Assembly (NCBI GenBank): GCA_965637545.1
Contig: OZ281495.1
Coordinates: forward strand, 23,064,001 to 23,128,000
DNA length: 64,000 bases
Direction: 5' to 3'
From: Phallusia mammillata
Lineage: Eukaryota
Below are positions 13,601-26,400 of the stretch, one piece after another. Below the pieces are notes generated by a model. It did not search any database. It was not told the origin of the DNA and saw only the letters and a list, made by a program, of their open reading frames with translations. The position numbers and the translations under genes were made by a program. The first letter of the stretch is position 1. Every line of letters starts with the position of its first letter.

Positions 13601-16600
13601 GCACCAACATCGTCGTCACGTAAGAAAGTGCACATGATTTTTGGAGGCTTTCTGCGGACACCTTTGGTCCTAAATCATCAATGATTCGTTTCACTCGGAC
13701 TTTGGATACATCTAGATTCAGGTGTATTTGTCGCTTGGGGTGACTCACGTCACGCACACGAAGAGTCATATAAACACTTAAATCCAGAGCGTAGGTTACC
13801 GGCTGTGAGATCGACATGTTTATTGCCCATCATACCGCACCTATGTCCATGTATGGGGTCAAATTTCGGGAGTTCTACAAACTGATTTCAATCCAGTACT
13901 TGCCACAAGTGGCGCTTGGTTCGGTGCAGAACTTCAAACATGTGCCGGTAACAGGAGCTTGTCTCGATACGGCGTGCTTTCTGTTTCGGTTTGGTCGATT
14001 GCAAGTGTTCAAAGTTAATTTCCCGTTCAGCGAGTGAAACAGCGGTCGGCGATCAGCAGCTACAAGCAACTGGCGGAACGCTTACTAAAAACACTGCGGG
14101 TTCACACACAGATCCCGTAGATTCGGTTTTGATGCACGACCAGCGACTGTATCAAAACAAGCAGGAACACAAAAGGTAGAATGCCCTTTCCAGTGTGAAA
14201 TGGTCGCTAATGAATTGAACGCCCACAATGAACTGCTTTGTTTTCTTAGGGGGAATTCGCTTGATAGATCAGAACGTGCTTTTTGGGCGGTCACCTTGTG
14301 CAATGATTGACAGTGGTCAAATTTTAAACGACAGCTAGGCGCCAGAGTGAAATTTGACGCTTCAAATTCCAAACCGTGTAAAAATGCAGACACACATGCA
14401 GGACAAATGCTAACTGATGAGGAAACCTGTTCGCGTGCTTGAAGGGGAATTTTGGGTCGCGGTAACTTGGGATCCTGAGGTCACGACATAAGTTAGTAAG
14501 AAAACTCAAGGAAAGTGTGACGTGTGTCAGCGGCGTTAATCCCTAAGTGGTCGCGGGCAATTAATGGCACGCGCCACTTATCTAATTTGCGGCTCACAAA
14601 CTTAATCTCGGTAATGAAATGCTGGCGAGCACGCGACCCACGTCGTTCTGGTTATCGGAAATCACTGACGCATTCTCGGCCGTTTTGCGATTTCTATTTG
14701 GTTAGGCAAATGGACGGCAATTAGGCCAGTCGTACGGGGACACGTCGGTGCAAATGAAAAGTGCATTAGCAGCTTTGGAAAGCGTGTCCAATACACTTAT
14801 CGCGACTCCCGCCGAGCAAACTTCGATTTGTGCCGAGCACCGCCAGAAGTTATGCCATTTCCAGCTTAGAACGAGTCAAGCAGCGATCGACGTACTTAAC
14901 TCTCGGCAATTTGCGCCCAGCCGTTGCAGCATGTAAACAAATACATGACCTTGCACCGGTGGGAAGGTGCAAATTTGTCAACCGAAATTGCAGCGATTTC
15001 AGGATGAGCGCGCCAAAATTCAAAATCTCTCGACTTTATAGCGATAAGATGTCATTTGGATCTTTCTGAATGGCTGCTGAAACATTATTCACAAGCATAA
15101 CCTTCACTTTATCCCATTTAACTTCGACAAATTTCGTTTAGTTTGTCTTGTACAACTTTGGCAAGTCGCATTATATAACGGAGATATTTATTTAGATCCA
15201 GTTTCCAAGGCCTGTAAATTATTCACACGATTTTGTTCAGCTGTGTTCGATAATCCCACACAGATAATTCTGTGACGCAATCGGCCGTTACATCACGTAT
15301 TCGCATGTGTTAAATGTTTTCAACAGTTTGTTCTAAATTACGGCACCACCTAAAACAGGTTGTTGGACAATCTGTACAAACTCTTGTCCATTTGTCGAAC
15401 CGTTGTTCGTAAGCGCAAGTTTGCCTGTCTGGCATGTGCTTCAGCGTATGGCGCAGTTTGTCGAGTGATCCGCCATTTTGAAAATTCATGTCGCCTAATT
15501 GTCACACTGAATTAAACGACCCACCTGTATCGCATGGCGATCATTCGCTATGTGGTATGCTCTGTTCCCCATATAGTACAGACATACGTTGCGTTTTTAC
15601 ACAGTGAAGACATTACGATTTATAAACTTAAATTTCCATTTATTCACCAGCTTTCCTTTTATTTTTGAGGATAATGCAATTATTCTGCGTCACGTGCAGT
15701 TATAGCATACTTTATACTCAACACCTTCAAAAACTTTTAGCTTCAGAGGTTGTTTGGACCTTATGGAGTCACCGCGAGTCTATTTCGGTCGGTCGATAAA
15801 TTAGAGCATAATTTATGGGACGTTTGTGTTCACGTGGAACCGCATAAGACCGAGCAAAGATGTTTAGGTCACTTCTACACGTGACACACGGTTTAAGATC
15901 AATTATTTCGATTTACTGAAAATTCCCAAAGGCCTGTCTATAAACAAAAATTTTCAAGCGCTGTGGTATTGGGTAAAAATATTGAGGAACTTATTGAGTT
16001 AAATACGACAACATAATAAAAGGCTGTCATATGGTTAACTTATAGGCTATCTTGGCTATTAATGCGGATTGGTCACTTAATATTAGAAGCGCATTAAGTT
16101 TGCATAGCATTGCACTTAAAATAGGTTGGGTTATTTTATTGTTTTAAATGAAGCTAATTAATCAACCATATAACTGTGATGTGTAATTGGCGGTAAAATA
16201 AAGCCCAAGTGGAAGTGAACATTACCTATTCAATCTCTAAAAAACCCGACCCCACAGCCGTTAACTGTTGACTGTTCGACATGAGTGGAGAGGTTAATGG
16301 CGCATATTATGCCGTCTTGGCATCACCATCATTAGAGGCACGATCACTTAACATAACACCGGCGCGTGCCGAAGTAAACTAAGGCGACCCGCAATCACCA
16401 GGTATTAATGGATTGTCTATTCGGATTATACACTTGCACTAAGTATCTACAAGTGTTCTTAATAGCCGATCCCATTGTTTCAGAAGTAGGTAACCCGTTA
16501 ATTGCTATATTCGTGACCAGATATACACCTTTTAATCGGATGGTTACTAATTTGCGTGCTCGGAAGTTTCGTGGACCGCATTATGTCAGCTTTGCTAAGT

Positions 16601-17409
16601 TTAAACATTATGTGCTTAGAAAATGTCACTTTTGTGTTTATTCATGTACAGTAATTTTAGTAACTAAAACGCGTGCTATAATAAATACACAGACGATTCG
16701 ATATTGTGGAAGTTTATGCTATTTTGCCGATAACCACATTTTGTTGACCTGCTGGACTAATCTAAAAAAGTATTAAAGATTTTTTTAATTACCAAGTTTT
16801 ATTACCATCAGCCACATTAATACGTCTTATTTTTACAAACTAACCAATATTGTAGAAAAGTATCTGGTAAAACTTTAACAAAGCCTAAATTACGGATTGT
16901 CAAAATGTATTTTTTTGCCAAACCAATTGTTACTTTGAAAACTTTTTCCTTATTGTAATTTTGCGTCACATTAGCAGGGCGCGTGCAGATATATTAATTC
17001 TCAGTGAATAATTCTCCTGGCTCGTGTAAGCAATAGTTACAAATGTTTAATACTCCTCATTTTTAAGCCTATTATGCAAACTTTATTTCTCGGTTTGTTG
17101 TGCACATACGTTTTTGTCCAATCGACAAATTGAAACAACGATTTTCGTGACCGAGTTTATGATATAGACTTCAAAGCCTGAAAGAATTTCAAAACCCAAA
17201 GTAGATCTGACTCGATTAAAATTAAAAATTTAAAGAACTCGAAAATTATTGTTAAGTATTATTGAAAAACCAACGAAGCTCGCAAAGGCCAAAGTTTCTT
17301 ATAAATCCACAGTTTAATTTGTTCTTAAAGAATTTACAATAACAAAAGATTTCTTACCGCAGTTTATCGCTGCTGAAACGCATCCAGACTGCATAGGATC
17401 TCCCATCAT
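4625..17409 (-). CDS. Isl: Islet LIM-homeodomain transcription factor (Isl1/2 orthologue), 6 coding exons, 395 aa from first ATG
   Basis: Exons with canonical GT-AG sites and consistent phases: 17409-17358 (MMGDPMQS...), 11393-11204 (LIM1, [29 protein letters not shown]), 8084-7876 (LIM2, [18 protein letters not shown]), 6759-6359 (homeodomain, [20 protein letters not shown]...[16 protein letters not shown]), 5179-4991 (Islet Lhx3-binding domain, GVPMVASEP...[21 protein letters not shown]), 4771-4625 (VSNFSDHNQ...TACS*). Total 1188 nt, divisible by 3. The true start may lie further upstream (see findings). Confidence 0.96.
6425..6604 (-). other. Isl: Islet homeobox (within exon 4)
   Basis: Translation [60 protein letters not shown] is the characteristic Islet-class homeodomain. 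Confidence 0.95.
14530..14730. promoter_or_regulatory. Candidate Islet intron-1 enhancer (dense homeodomain-site cluster)
   Basis: Within ~200 bp: TAATCC (14537), TAAGTG (14544), CAATTAATGG (14558), CCACTTA (14574), CTAATT (14582), TTAATCT (14602), GTAATG (14611), CAATTAG (14718). Motif evidence only. Confidence 0.4.
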
Positions 17410-20400
17410 GCACTTCTCTTCCAGTGTCAGTTTGTCGTCCACGTCAAAGTCGAAGGGTTCGTGGCCGTAAATCGGAAATCCGCCGTCGCTGCCACTGCTC
17501 AGGTGGCCCTCAGCCGAAGGTGGAAGATACCCCGAATCCAGTTTGCCGCGTGTTGCCGCAAGTTGCCCCGCCACGACAGCGGAGTTAAAGCTGTTCACCC
17601 CTATGTTGCCGACTGGATGACCTTAATTCGGCAAATCGGTGTTTCAGCTCTCTCACTAGTTAACGAGTCTATTCTGTGTAAATGAGATTTGAGCTGGGTC
17701 TCAAGTAAAAGTCTCACTGGTCTTTGCTGATAAAACTTGTTTTCTTCCGACTCGGTGATATAAAAAATATGGCGGGCGTTGAAGTGTAATTACTTCGGGC
17801 CAGCGAAGTTTCTCTTTCCTGTTCCCCGACTTTTCAGTGCACAAGTCGAAGATGCTTGATCGGTAAACGTTTGTCCGCCTTCTCTTTAAACTTCGCCCCT
17901 TCTTTCCCGGGCCACAGTGCGTGTTTTTCTAAGCCAGAGCAAGCGCGTTTCTACAAGTCCTATAGCTGCCCTGCGGGAAAGTGTCCTGTAAAAGGGAACA
18001 TCGGAATGTAAAAATAACAAAGCACAGGTAACCACCACACATTGGTCGAGAGCGCACAGTTCAACCGCGAGTCATGCCGCTGACCCGGTCGCTTACAATG
18101 GCTGGGGATGAGCCCTTCTGACTTGCTTACAGTGACTGCGACCAACACACTCCCTCCCTGCATGTGCACAAGCATCGCCGAGCATACAGTACATAAAGTA
18201 ATTGCATTTCACATTGACATGCTAATTAAGGCGTGACTGTCCGCGCAAGACATTGTCTGTGTGCAGAAGTCAATAATTAAGTGTTTGTATTGCGAGCATT
18301 GTCTCTGCAGACGTCCTGCCACGGGTCCATCATTCTGTCCTATGTTGAACTACCAAACCGTGTAAGAAACTTTAATACACCGGCGAAGTACACATAAGGT
18401 TATAATGTCAAGTTACAAACATAAACATAAATCACACATTGTTTTTGTTGAGACCCTGCATATATGATTAGACTACGCAGTTTTCACGAGCGCATATGTC
18501 GCGTCGTTGTGGGTATTTACGGTGACTCGCATCTGGCGAACATTTCCCCAGACCTGCGGCCGCGTGTTTACGTTACGAATGTTACTGCCCGTTTGCGACA
18601 GAAGCAATCACAAAGCATCAATGATTCATGTCCGACCCCTGCACACCGGTCCTGACCGTTTTACGGCACTCATTGCAGCCGGTCGTCCCTTCCAACCTTT
18701 CCTGGGTTACTTTGATTTTATCTTCGCTGGGAATATTACCAAGCCCATGAAGAACAAAGACGTAGATTTACGAGTACAGGTGCGCATATAACGCGAAGTA
18801 ACGGTGCTTAGCCTATGGTTGATCTTTGCCGCTCGCCTATCACGCAATAAAGTGGACAAAAGACCTAAATTTTACAATCGACTTGTGCGTAGCCTGTTCT
18901 TCACGTTTTAACAAAATACGCGCCACAATAATGTATGAATACTTGATGAAGATAAAAGTTTACAAGAGACTCTCGGCACTTCCGTGGTTTTATTGTGGCT
19001 TACGTATAGGTTTGCCCGCTTTTGTTCTTGGCGTCAATATATTCAAACAAAGATTTCTTCAAATGATTCATAGATACTTTGTAGCTGTACAAAATTCCGG
19101 TTATGTCGTGAGGCTGCCAGGGCTTTTCCTTCTGACTTATTGGTACAGGGCGAGGGGTGCTTGGGTTCTAAATTCGAATCTCATGCTATGCGTGGCGAAT
19201 CGGGTTCTTTGCATTGCACTCGAGTTTCGCTGCGCCCATTTTTCACGCAAATCATGACAAATGTCGACATCGTGTAACCATTGCCAATGACGGAGATCAA
19301 ATATTGATGCTTTCGCTATGCTCCAACGCCTTCGTTTAGTCATCCCGAGCCGAACAAAGGAAGCGGGTCGGTCGGGGCGGGCAAAGACCGGCGCCAGGAC
19401 GGCGTGTTTGCCGCCACAGATTTTGATGACACCGGGCGCCTCGTACCGTTTAATTCTCAAACCATGCATGTTGCATTCACCGGCCTACACGCTCGCTTGA
19501 TTGCAACACTTCATTCCTTGCTACAAAAAATCTGTCAGTCGCTTCAATGGGACACAAGGGCGACAGGAAGCCGTATACTGTCATACTAAGCGCACTCACA
19601 GCAATTCCTAAAACGAATAACGCTGACCAGCTCTCCTGCTAACTGCTTCACTACAACAAGCAAGTGCGCTAATATATTCACTGCCCTGGCAGTCGGTTTA
19701 GTCTGGGCACTTCATCTTGGTTGCTTATGATTTTTTTTCGCTGTGTTGCCGCTTGCGTTTTACGCATATTCTCGTGGGCGCTCACTCGAACTTATCGGAT
19801 GCAATTACTCACGCGTGATTAGAATTAAACAAATTGACTTGTGACTGCCAAATGAGCTTAGAGATTAACGGCGACATTTATTCTGGCTCAAGACCGGAGA
19901 TCACCGCATATTTCCCACTGACCGCATCGTGAGAAACTGAATAAAACAAAATCCGCTCGTCTCTCCTATAATAAAACCACTGTAAGTTAATAACACGTGT
20001 GGTTGCGTTGCCTTAATTTCCATGCACAGAGCAAAACCGCAGGCTTTAGAAAGTGATACTGGTCCTCATGTTTCTAGCTTGTCGAGACACTCCAGTGATT
20101 GTGTAAAGATAAAAGGCGAATTGGACCTTCAAAGGTAACGTTAGGTTCCTCCCGGCGGCCAAAACCAGTCAAACTCTGTCGCAATTAAATCAGGATTTTT
20201 AAATATAAAAGAGACTTGCGAGGAAGTCAGACTTAGGTAACAGCGGACAGCGGCAGGCGAAAACACAATAAAAACCCACGCACTCAATATCACATAAGCA
20301 TCGGCATTCGACACGATACAGCTCCGCGATAAACGGAATTAATTTGGACAACGGCGCCGGGCGGGGCACGCACTTTGACGCCGCCCCACTCTTCCTCAAT

Positions 20401-23400
20401 CCGGCACTAACCTGTATGGGAACGTTCCCATTCCATGCAAAGCTCCTGCGGTCAAATACTTGGCATACGAAGCGTTGAATCAACACATGCCTGAAATTCG
20501 GCTTTAGCCGCGATTTACCGGTATTTTGCCGTCTCTCTGCTGCCGCCCCAAATAACTTTACCTGAACCTGCAGACGCAACGAACAGAAACCACGCAGCCT
20601 CTTGGAATAAAACCGCTGCATGAACGCGAGGTTATGGTTCAGCAGCACGGACTGTCACTTTTCGAGTGTCTAATTGTTGTGCTGCCGTCGACTCTATTTT
20701 TAGTCCCAACCTGGCTGCGTTTTGATGAATCGCTCGCGCGCAAAAACAAAACCGGCCCAGCTCCGAAATTGACCTTGTCCACAACCCCACACGGTCGAGC
20801 GAACAACGATGAATGACTACAGACTATCTGGCGACTGACCCTTGTTCGCCGCAATCCAAATAGCTAACGCTCCTGTTACAACATGTTGCAATCTGCCAAA
20901 TCAGATTTGTTTTTACTTTGCAAACCATGTTCGCTAGGAGATTAAAACATGTCAAAAACAATTTCATCTAGAAAATCATAATTGTGCGCATTATATTTTT
21001 GCTATCACTTTGCACGAAAAAGCTTGGCTTCATTTGGTAGCAAAACATTTTTCATTGCTCATAACCCTGACCTACAAATTTCTCTAAGATGGCTTGCCGT
21101 GATCAACTAAATCCCACACACTGGGAATTTTTAAGCAAGTGTTTTGGAAATACGTCGATGAATCCTAATCACATTACGCACTTGGCGTCTCAAGCGCCGT
21201 GACCGACCCTCTGGTCGCAGGTTGAGCAGCCCCGGCTCTTTCGGTTACGGAGCCCAATTGACCCGGCGTGTGGCGCAAATGGCGTCAGCTTGAAATTAAA
21301 GCCAACTGGGAGGGTGTCGTCCCATTGAATCACTTTGCTGATTTTTCTCCCAACACGTGCTAGGACCAAACGAGGCGAGGGTGGAAAAAACGGTGCTGGG
21401 AAATAACATGAGTTGCTTGGTCTAAGAGGGACTTTTAGTTACATTTTCATGGCAATTAAATAAGGTTGTCAAAGACCTTTGCACAATGACATGTAGCATT
21501 GAAGATACATCAAATAGGAACTCTTCAAAAACAAAGTTATGACTCATGCATTTGTTGCAAAATTACCAGCAACTCCAAATGTTAAAAAATGACAGCAGGT
21601 CAAATTATCGTCTCTCTGGGCATGATTGACAACAAGTGAAATTTCTCCAGTTTATAGACGCGTAGCGGTTTCCTTTGCGGCTTTGCTCCAAAAACAAAGA
21701 CAAACTTTTTCTTTCACAGTTTCCAACAAAACCAACGGGGTAAACGTGATCTTATCTCTGTGTGTTCTGCTTTTGTGTATTTTAGCGAACATGCACCAAA
21801 ATGTGTGAACTGTGAAAAGCACAGGTTGACAATAGTGTTCTAACACTTGTTTGGCCAAGAAAATTAACTCCAAATTTTCACAAGAAAATGTTTACAAAAA
21901 GTCCCAACATTTAAATATACACGACAGGGGCATCCTACATTTCCTATGCAATTCGCAACATGCCTGTCTTGTTTCCAACATGCCTTTACTCAAGTGTACA
22001 AATTCAAGTGTTAATCCCCAGCAAACGCCCGTTTCGGATTTATTCAAAAACATCAACTCCCACGGGCCTCGAGGGGCCGTGAAACTCAAGCAGGAATTTT
22101 TTCGGGGCATTGATCATCGGCCAGCGCGGCTCGGACGTTCGGCCAAGTCCGCGGAAAATCGCTTTTATCAACAAAACTAAGCCTGGGCTTTCCTGGCGAG
22201 GGCGAGGGTGCCTTAGCGAGCGCTATGACTTGTTTGAGCCCCGTGGGACGCTCGGCCGAACAGTACCGCGCTCAAGTTAGGTTAACGCGATTTAAAGACA
22301 ACTGGAAAACTGGCCAAGACTGGACAACTCAATTTGTAATATTCCGACGTTTGCGGTCCTCAAATCGCCATAATCAATACAGTTCGAAAATTGAGCCAAA
22401 ATACCCATTTAGGTGAAATCGCTTACCTTAACATATTGCTGCTGTACAAATTTAGGGTGTACTGTGCATGAATGATTCATTACGACTCTGATTACAATCA
22501 CAATCCTCTAGTCAAGGCGAGCACGTGGACAGCTATCAGATTTCGCCTTATAATGGACGCCATTTTGATTGGCATCACGCACGATTGGCTGGGAGTGGTC
22601 AATTAGGCTCACGTTGATCTAACCTTTCTGCGACTGCTGCGATGCAAGTCAGTTGCGATTTTTGACTGACTGTGATGCAATTGGACACACTAGACACCTT
22701 GCAATTATTCATCACAAAATCTGACCGCAAAAGCAAAATTATACGGGTCACGGCAAGGTGCCAGAGCATGACAAACTTCACTGAGCGCCAACTCGTAAAC
22801 TTCTGAACTGCAATGCACTGACATTATGTCTTCAAAAATAAACTCCTTTTGCATGGAAGGAAATAAATATGTATTTTCGTAAGTTTTTTGAACATGTACT
22901 GCTGTGACATATCAAACTGGCTGCACTGGACATAAAAAATGAACACCGTTTTGCAGTAATACATACAACTGCCAAACACCGGTCATGTTATGCTTGAAAA
23001 ATGTTTAACCTAACTTTTCCTGTAGCTTGACCTCATTTCAGAATGTCCAGGACGCATTGTGAGGCGCCTGTGGCCACCTCGGCGCCCGATTTAAAACTGA
23101 GCGTGTGGTTGGACCTTCTTGTTCACACCGCCTCACTCTCCGCTTTCTTTTCGGTGACTACAAGAAACCGCGCATTCGAAGCCCGGCGCTCTCTCTCCCG
23201 GAACGCGGCAGGACGGTTTTGATGTTTACGAGCATGGGCCTCTCGGGCTTATCCCGTTCTGTTCGCTTCTGTTGCTGCTGCCACTGTCCACCGCTCTGCT
23301 GCGTTGTAAGGTTTTACTGCCCTGTTATTGTTCGATTTTGAGGGTCGGCTGCGGCGTTGGAACACACGCACTGTGGCCAATTTAACTGTCGACTGCCCTG

Positions 23401-26400
23401 ACATATTGCTGGCTAGCGATATTTTGGCTTTCTCCTAAATTACCGGACTCTTTTCTGGCAAAGTCCCAAAGACCCTATTGTTTTGATAAGGGGAGTGATG
23501 TTTTTGCGGCTTTTCGCAATTTCTGCATAATTGTCGCCACGTAGTTTTCCTCACGCTAAGTCGCATCATCATCGGAGATAAGGCGCGACCGCTGACTTGG
23601 CCTTAGCTTGAAGCGTTTAATTTACCCTTAGCGATAAGACTTGCACTTTTCGTTTAGGTTTGCGCCTAGGCTATGAATATTTCATCGCGACAAACAACAT
23701 GTGAATACCACACAGAACTTTTCAAACTCCAAATGCTCTTCGTTTGCTGGATTTATACGAGACATTTCTTGGGCACGTTTGTGCGTACAGCATTAAACCT
23801 ACTTGGTCACGCTAACTCAATGTTATGCACAATTTTGGTAGATATAGGAAGGGTTTGTTGAAGTTGCAGGTTCAGAACAAGGACGAAGAGAAACGCACCC
23901 AACAAATGTCGATTTTTTTCGGCCACGCTCGAGATCCATGCAAGTTTAATGAGCGCTGAGTAGTATTGATGAACGAGTTGGCCTTTTTCGCTGGCCGATG
24001 CCCGGACCGGCGCGCTTAGTTGTTCAATATTTATAGCAACTGCGGGAAACGTCCAAGACTTTGCATTACCTAAACGCCCGGACGCACGCGATGTCCGGGT
24101 GTACTTCTGCCCGACGCAAGACCCTTGTGAATAGATATAGATAGGTCGCGTTTTAATTTAAGCGAATTTTAGCGTCTGGCCACAGAGCCGCGGCATACCA
24201 GCTTGACTAGGGCCCGTGAACTGGTTAACCAGGACCGGAACTTTTGTTGCAGTGACGCAGCGCTGGTACCATGGCAACGGTCCATTGGGACGGCTTTGGG
24301 AGTAGTTGTGGTGAGTTGTAACGCCGCTCAGGGGACCACACTGAGTTGCGCGGAAGCATCTGATTCATTCGGTTTCAGAGAGCGACCGATTTGGCTCCGT
24401 GCCTTTCTTGTAACGAAGATGAAATTTTGCTGCAAAGACTTGCAATGGGCTTGATGCTTTTAAACTTAAATTGAAGACTCCTTCATGCAGCTTTGTGGTT
24501 CTCTGATCCAAATCTTTGCTCGTTATCAGGATTAAGTCGCTTAAGCTCGATCGAACCTGCTCAAAACGCGCAAACCTTGTCGCATTTATGATTATGTTGA
24601 TACATATGTTCGTTGCATGTAATTATTTTGAGACGAAAGTATTGGTCGAAAGCGGGGGCGCCGTCGAGATACGCGCATATGGCGCTTTCAGTCGAGACCT
24701 GGACGCCCGGATTGCAAAGCGTAAGCGGATTCCCGAATGTAATTACGAGCCATCTGAGACGATTGGGCGCACGAGTGCTGACGACGATTGGTCGTCGTTT
24801 ACGATTTTGCGGCGAGACTGTCCGGCTAGTGCCGACTTTCGAAATGCGTACAGTACAAATTACCACCAAAAGTCTGCATTTTTGTGCAAAAGAAGATAGG
24901 TGCGGTTAAACGAATTCTCTATGCCCTGTTATGCAAGACAAGCGTTTTTTTTTAACCATTGATTCTGTGGTTCACCCCTTTCGTTTCAAACGTAAGGATT
25001 ATGATCAGATGCAGAGTAACAACGGCATAGAGATCGGTGTTGGTCACAGCATGTGGAACACAACCGAGCCAAATTGACTATTTTTTTGAAAAGATTTTGA
25101 AAGAGGATTTCTCAAAAAATGGATTTGTGTGGGGAAAATGCTATTTCGTGACCATAAAAATTCGTATACCCATACCTGGTGACCAGAGCTTGTTTTCCTA
25201 TAGACGCGGATTTAGTGAAAAAAAATCACAATTCCCGCAGTTGCCCTTTTTCTTACGTTAGCTGTTGCAAATTTATTAGACATTGAATTACTTGTTATTT
25301 TTTGGAATTCAAATTCCCCATACATATCTTGTGCATGTTTTCAATAACTATCTCGGGTATCTTATTTTCCCCTAGTGGCTCGTCGCTCAGCTCCTAGGAT
25401 TTTCTCGCGATGTCTGTGACAAGTTGGTGGCCTCGCTGTCACCGCATTAACGGTCTTCTGTCACAAATGTGGCGACAGACTCGCATTAGGCGCAGATTAT
25501 GAATTTGTAATTGGCGGACAGAAGATGCCCGACGACCTCGCCGTGTTCCCTTGCGCACCGGACATGCCGATATTCAATCATCATTAGACAGCGAAATCTA
25601 AACGTTTTTTGTACATTTTCGTCCTTCACAGGAAACAAACCTGTTTCATACATAAAGGATAAATGAGGTACATGAAAATAAGCGTTGTGTTGTTCTTTAC
25701 CGACACCTAGCGACAAATTTAAATGCATATCCTTAAAAGAAACAAGACCATGCCCAAGCAATTCGCTGATGCATGACTTAACTTGGCCTCATTTGTTACA
25801 CATTTGTCAACAGCATACTGGACACAGTGGTCGACTTTCCTCCTGGGACCTGACTCATTGGTTACGTGTGGACTCAATTGTTCACGCTTCGAATAGCGCG
25901 GTACCGAGCGAAGTCAATCGATTCGATCCGTGATGCATTGTTTATGTCGTTTTAGTCTCGGACTCGAAGGTTTTAATTAACGCCGCGCAACTGCCTTCGT
26001 TCCAGCGTCATGCATAAGCTTGTTATATAGGACTGGTGAGCGACAAATTTCGCCTGCTGAGAAGACAGACGTCGAGAGCCACGCAACCCTTCGAAAGTTT
26101 ACGCGCCTTCATTATATCGGCATAGCGTCACATTTGCTATTATTGGGCAATTGAGATGTAGTTTATACGCATCAAATGCGAAATAATTTTCCTCAAAAGT
26201 CAATTAAAATTTAATACTTGAGCATATACAATCTAAACTTTTAATTTCGTGTCACGTCCTGCAGTATTCTCTGGAATTATTAGGTGCGTGTGTTTGTATG
26301 CGATTTAGCGCATAATTCAGGTGTTTACTGGCATCAAATTCACCACTTCCTTCACGCTCGCCACAATATTATTTCTCCGATATTTTTCCCGCCGTGAGAG

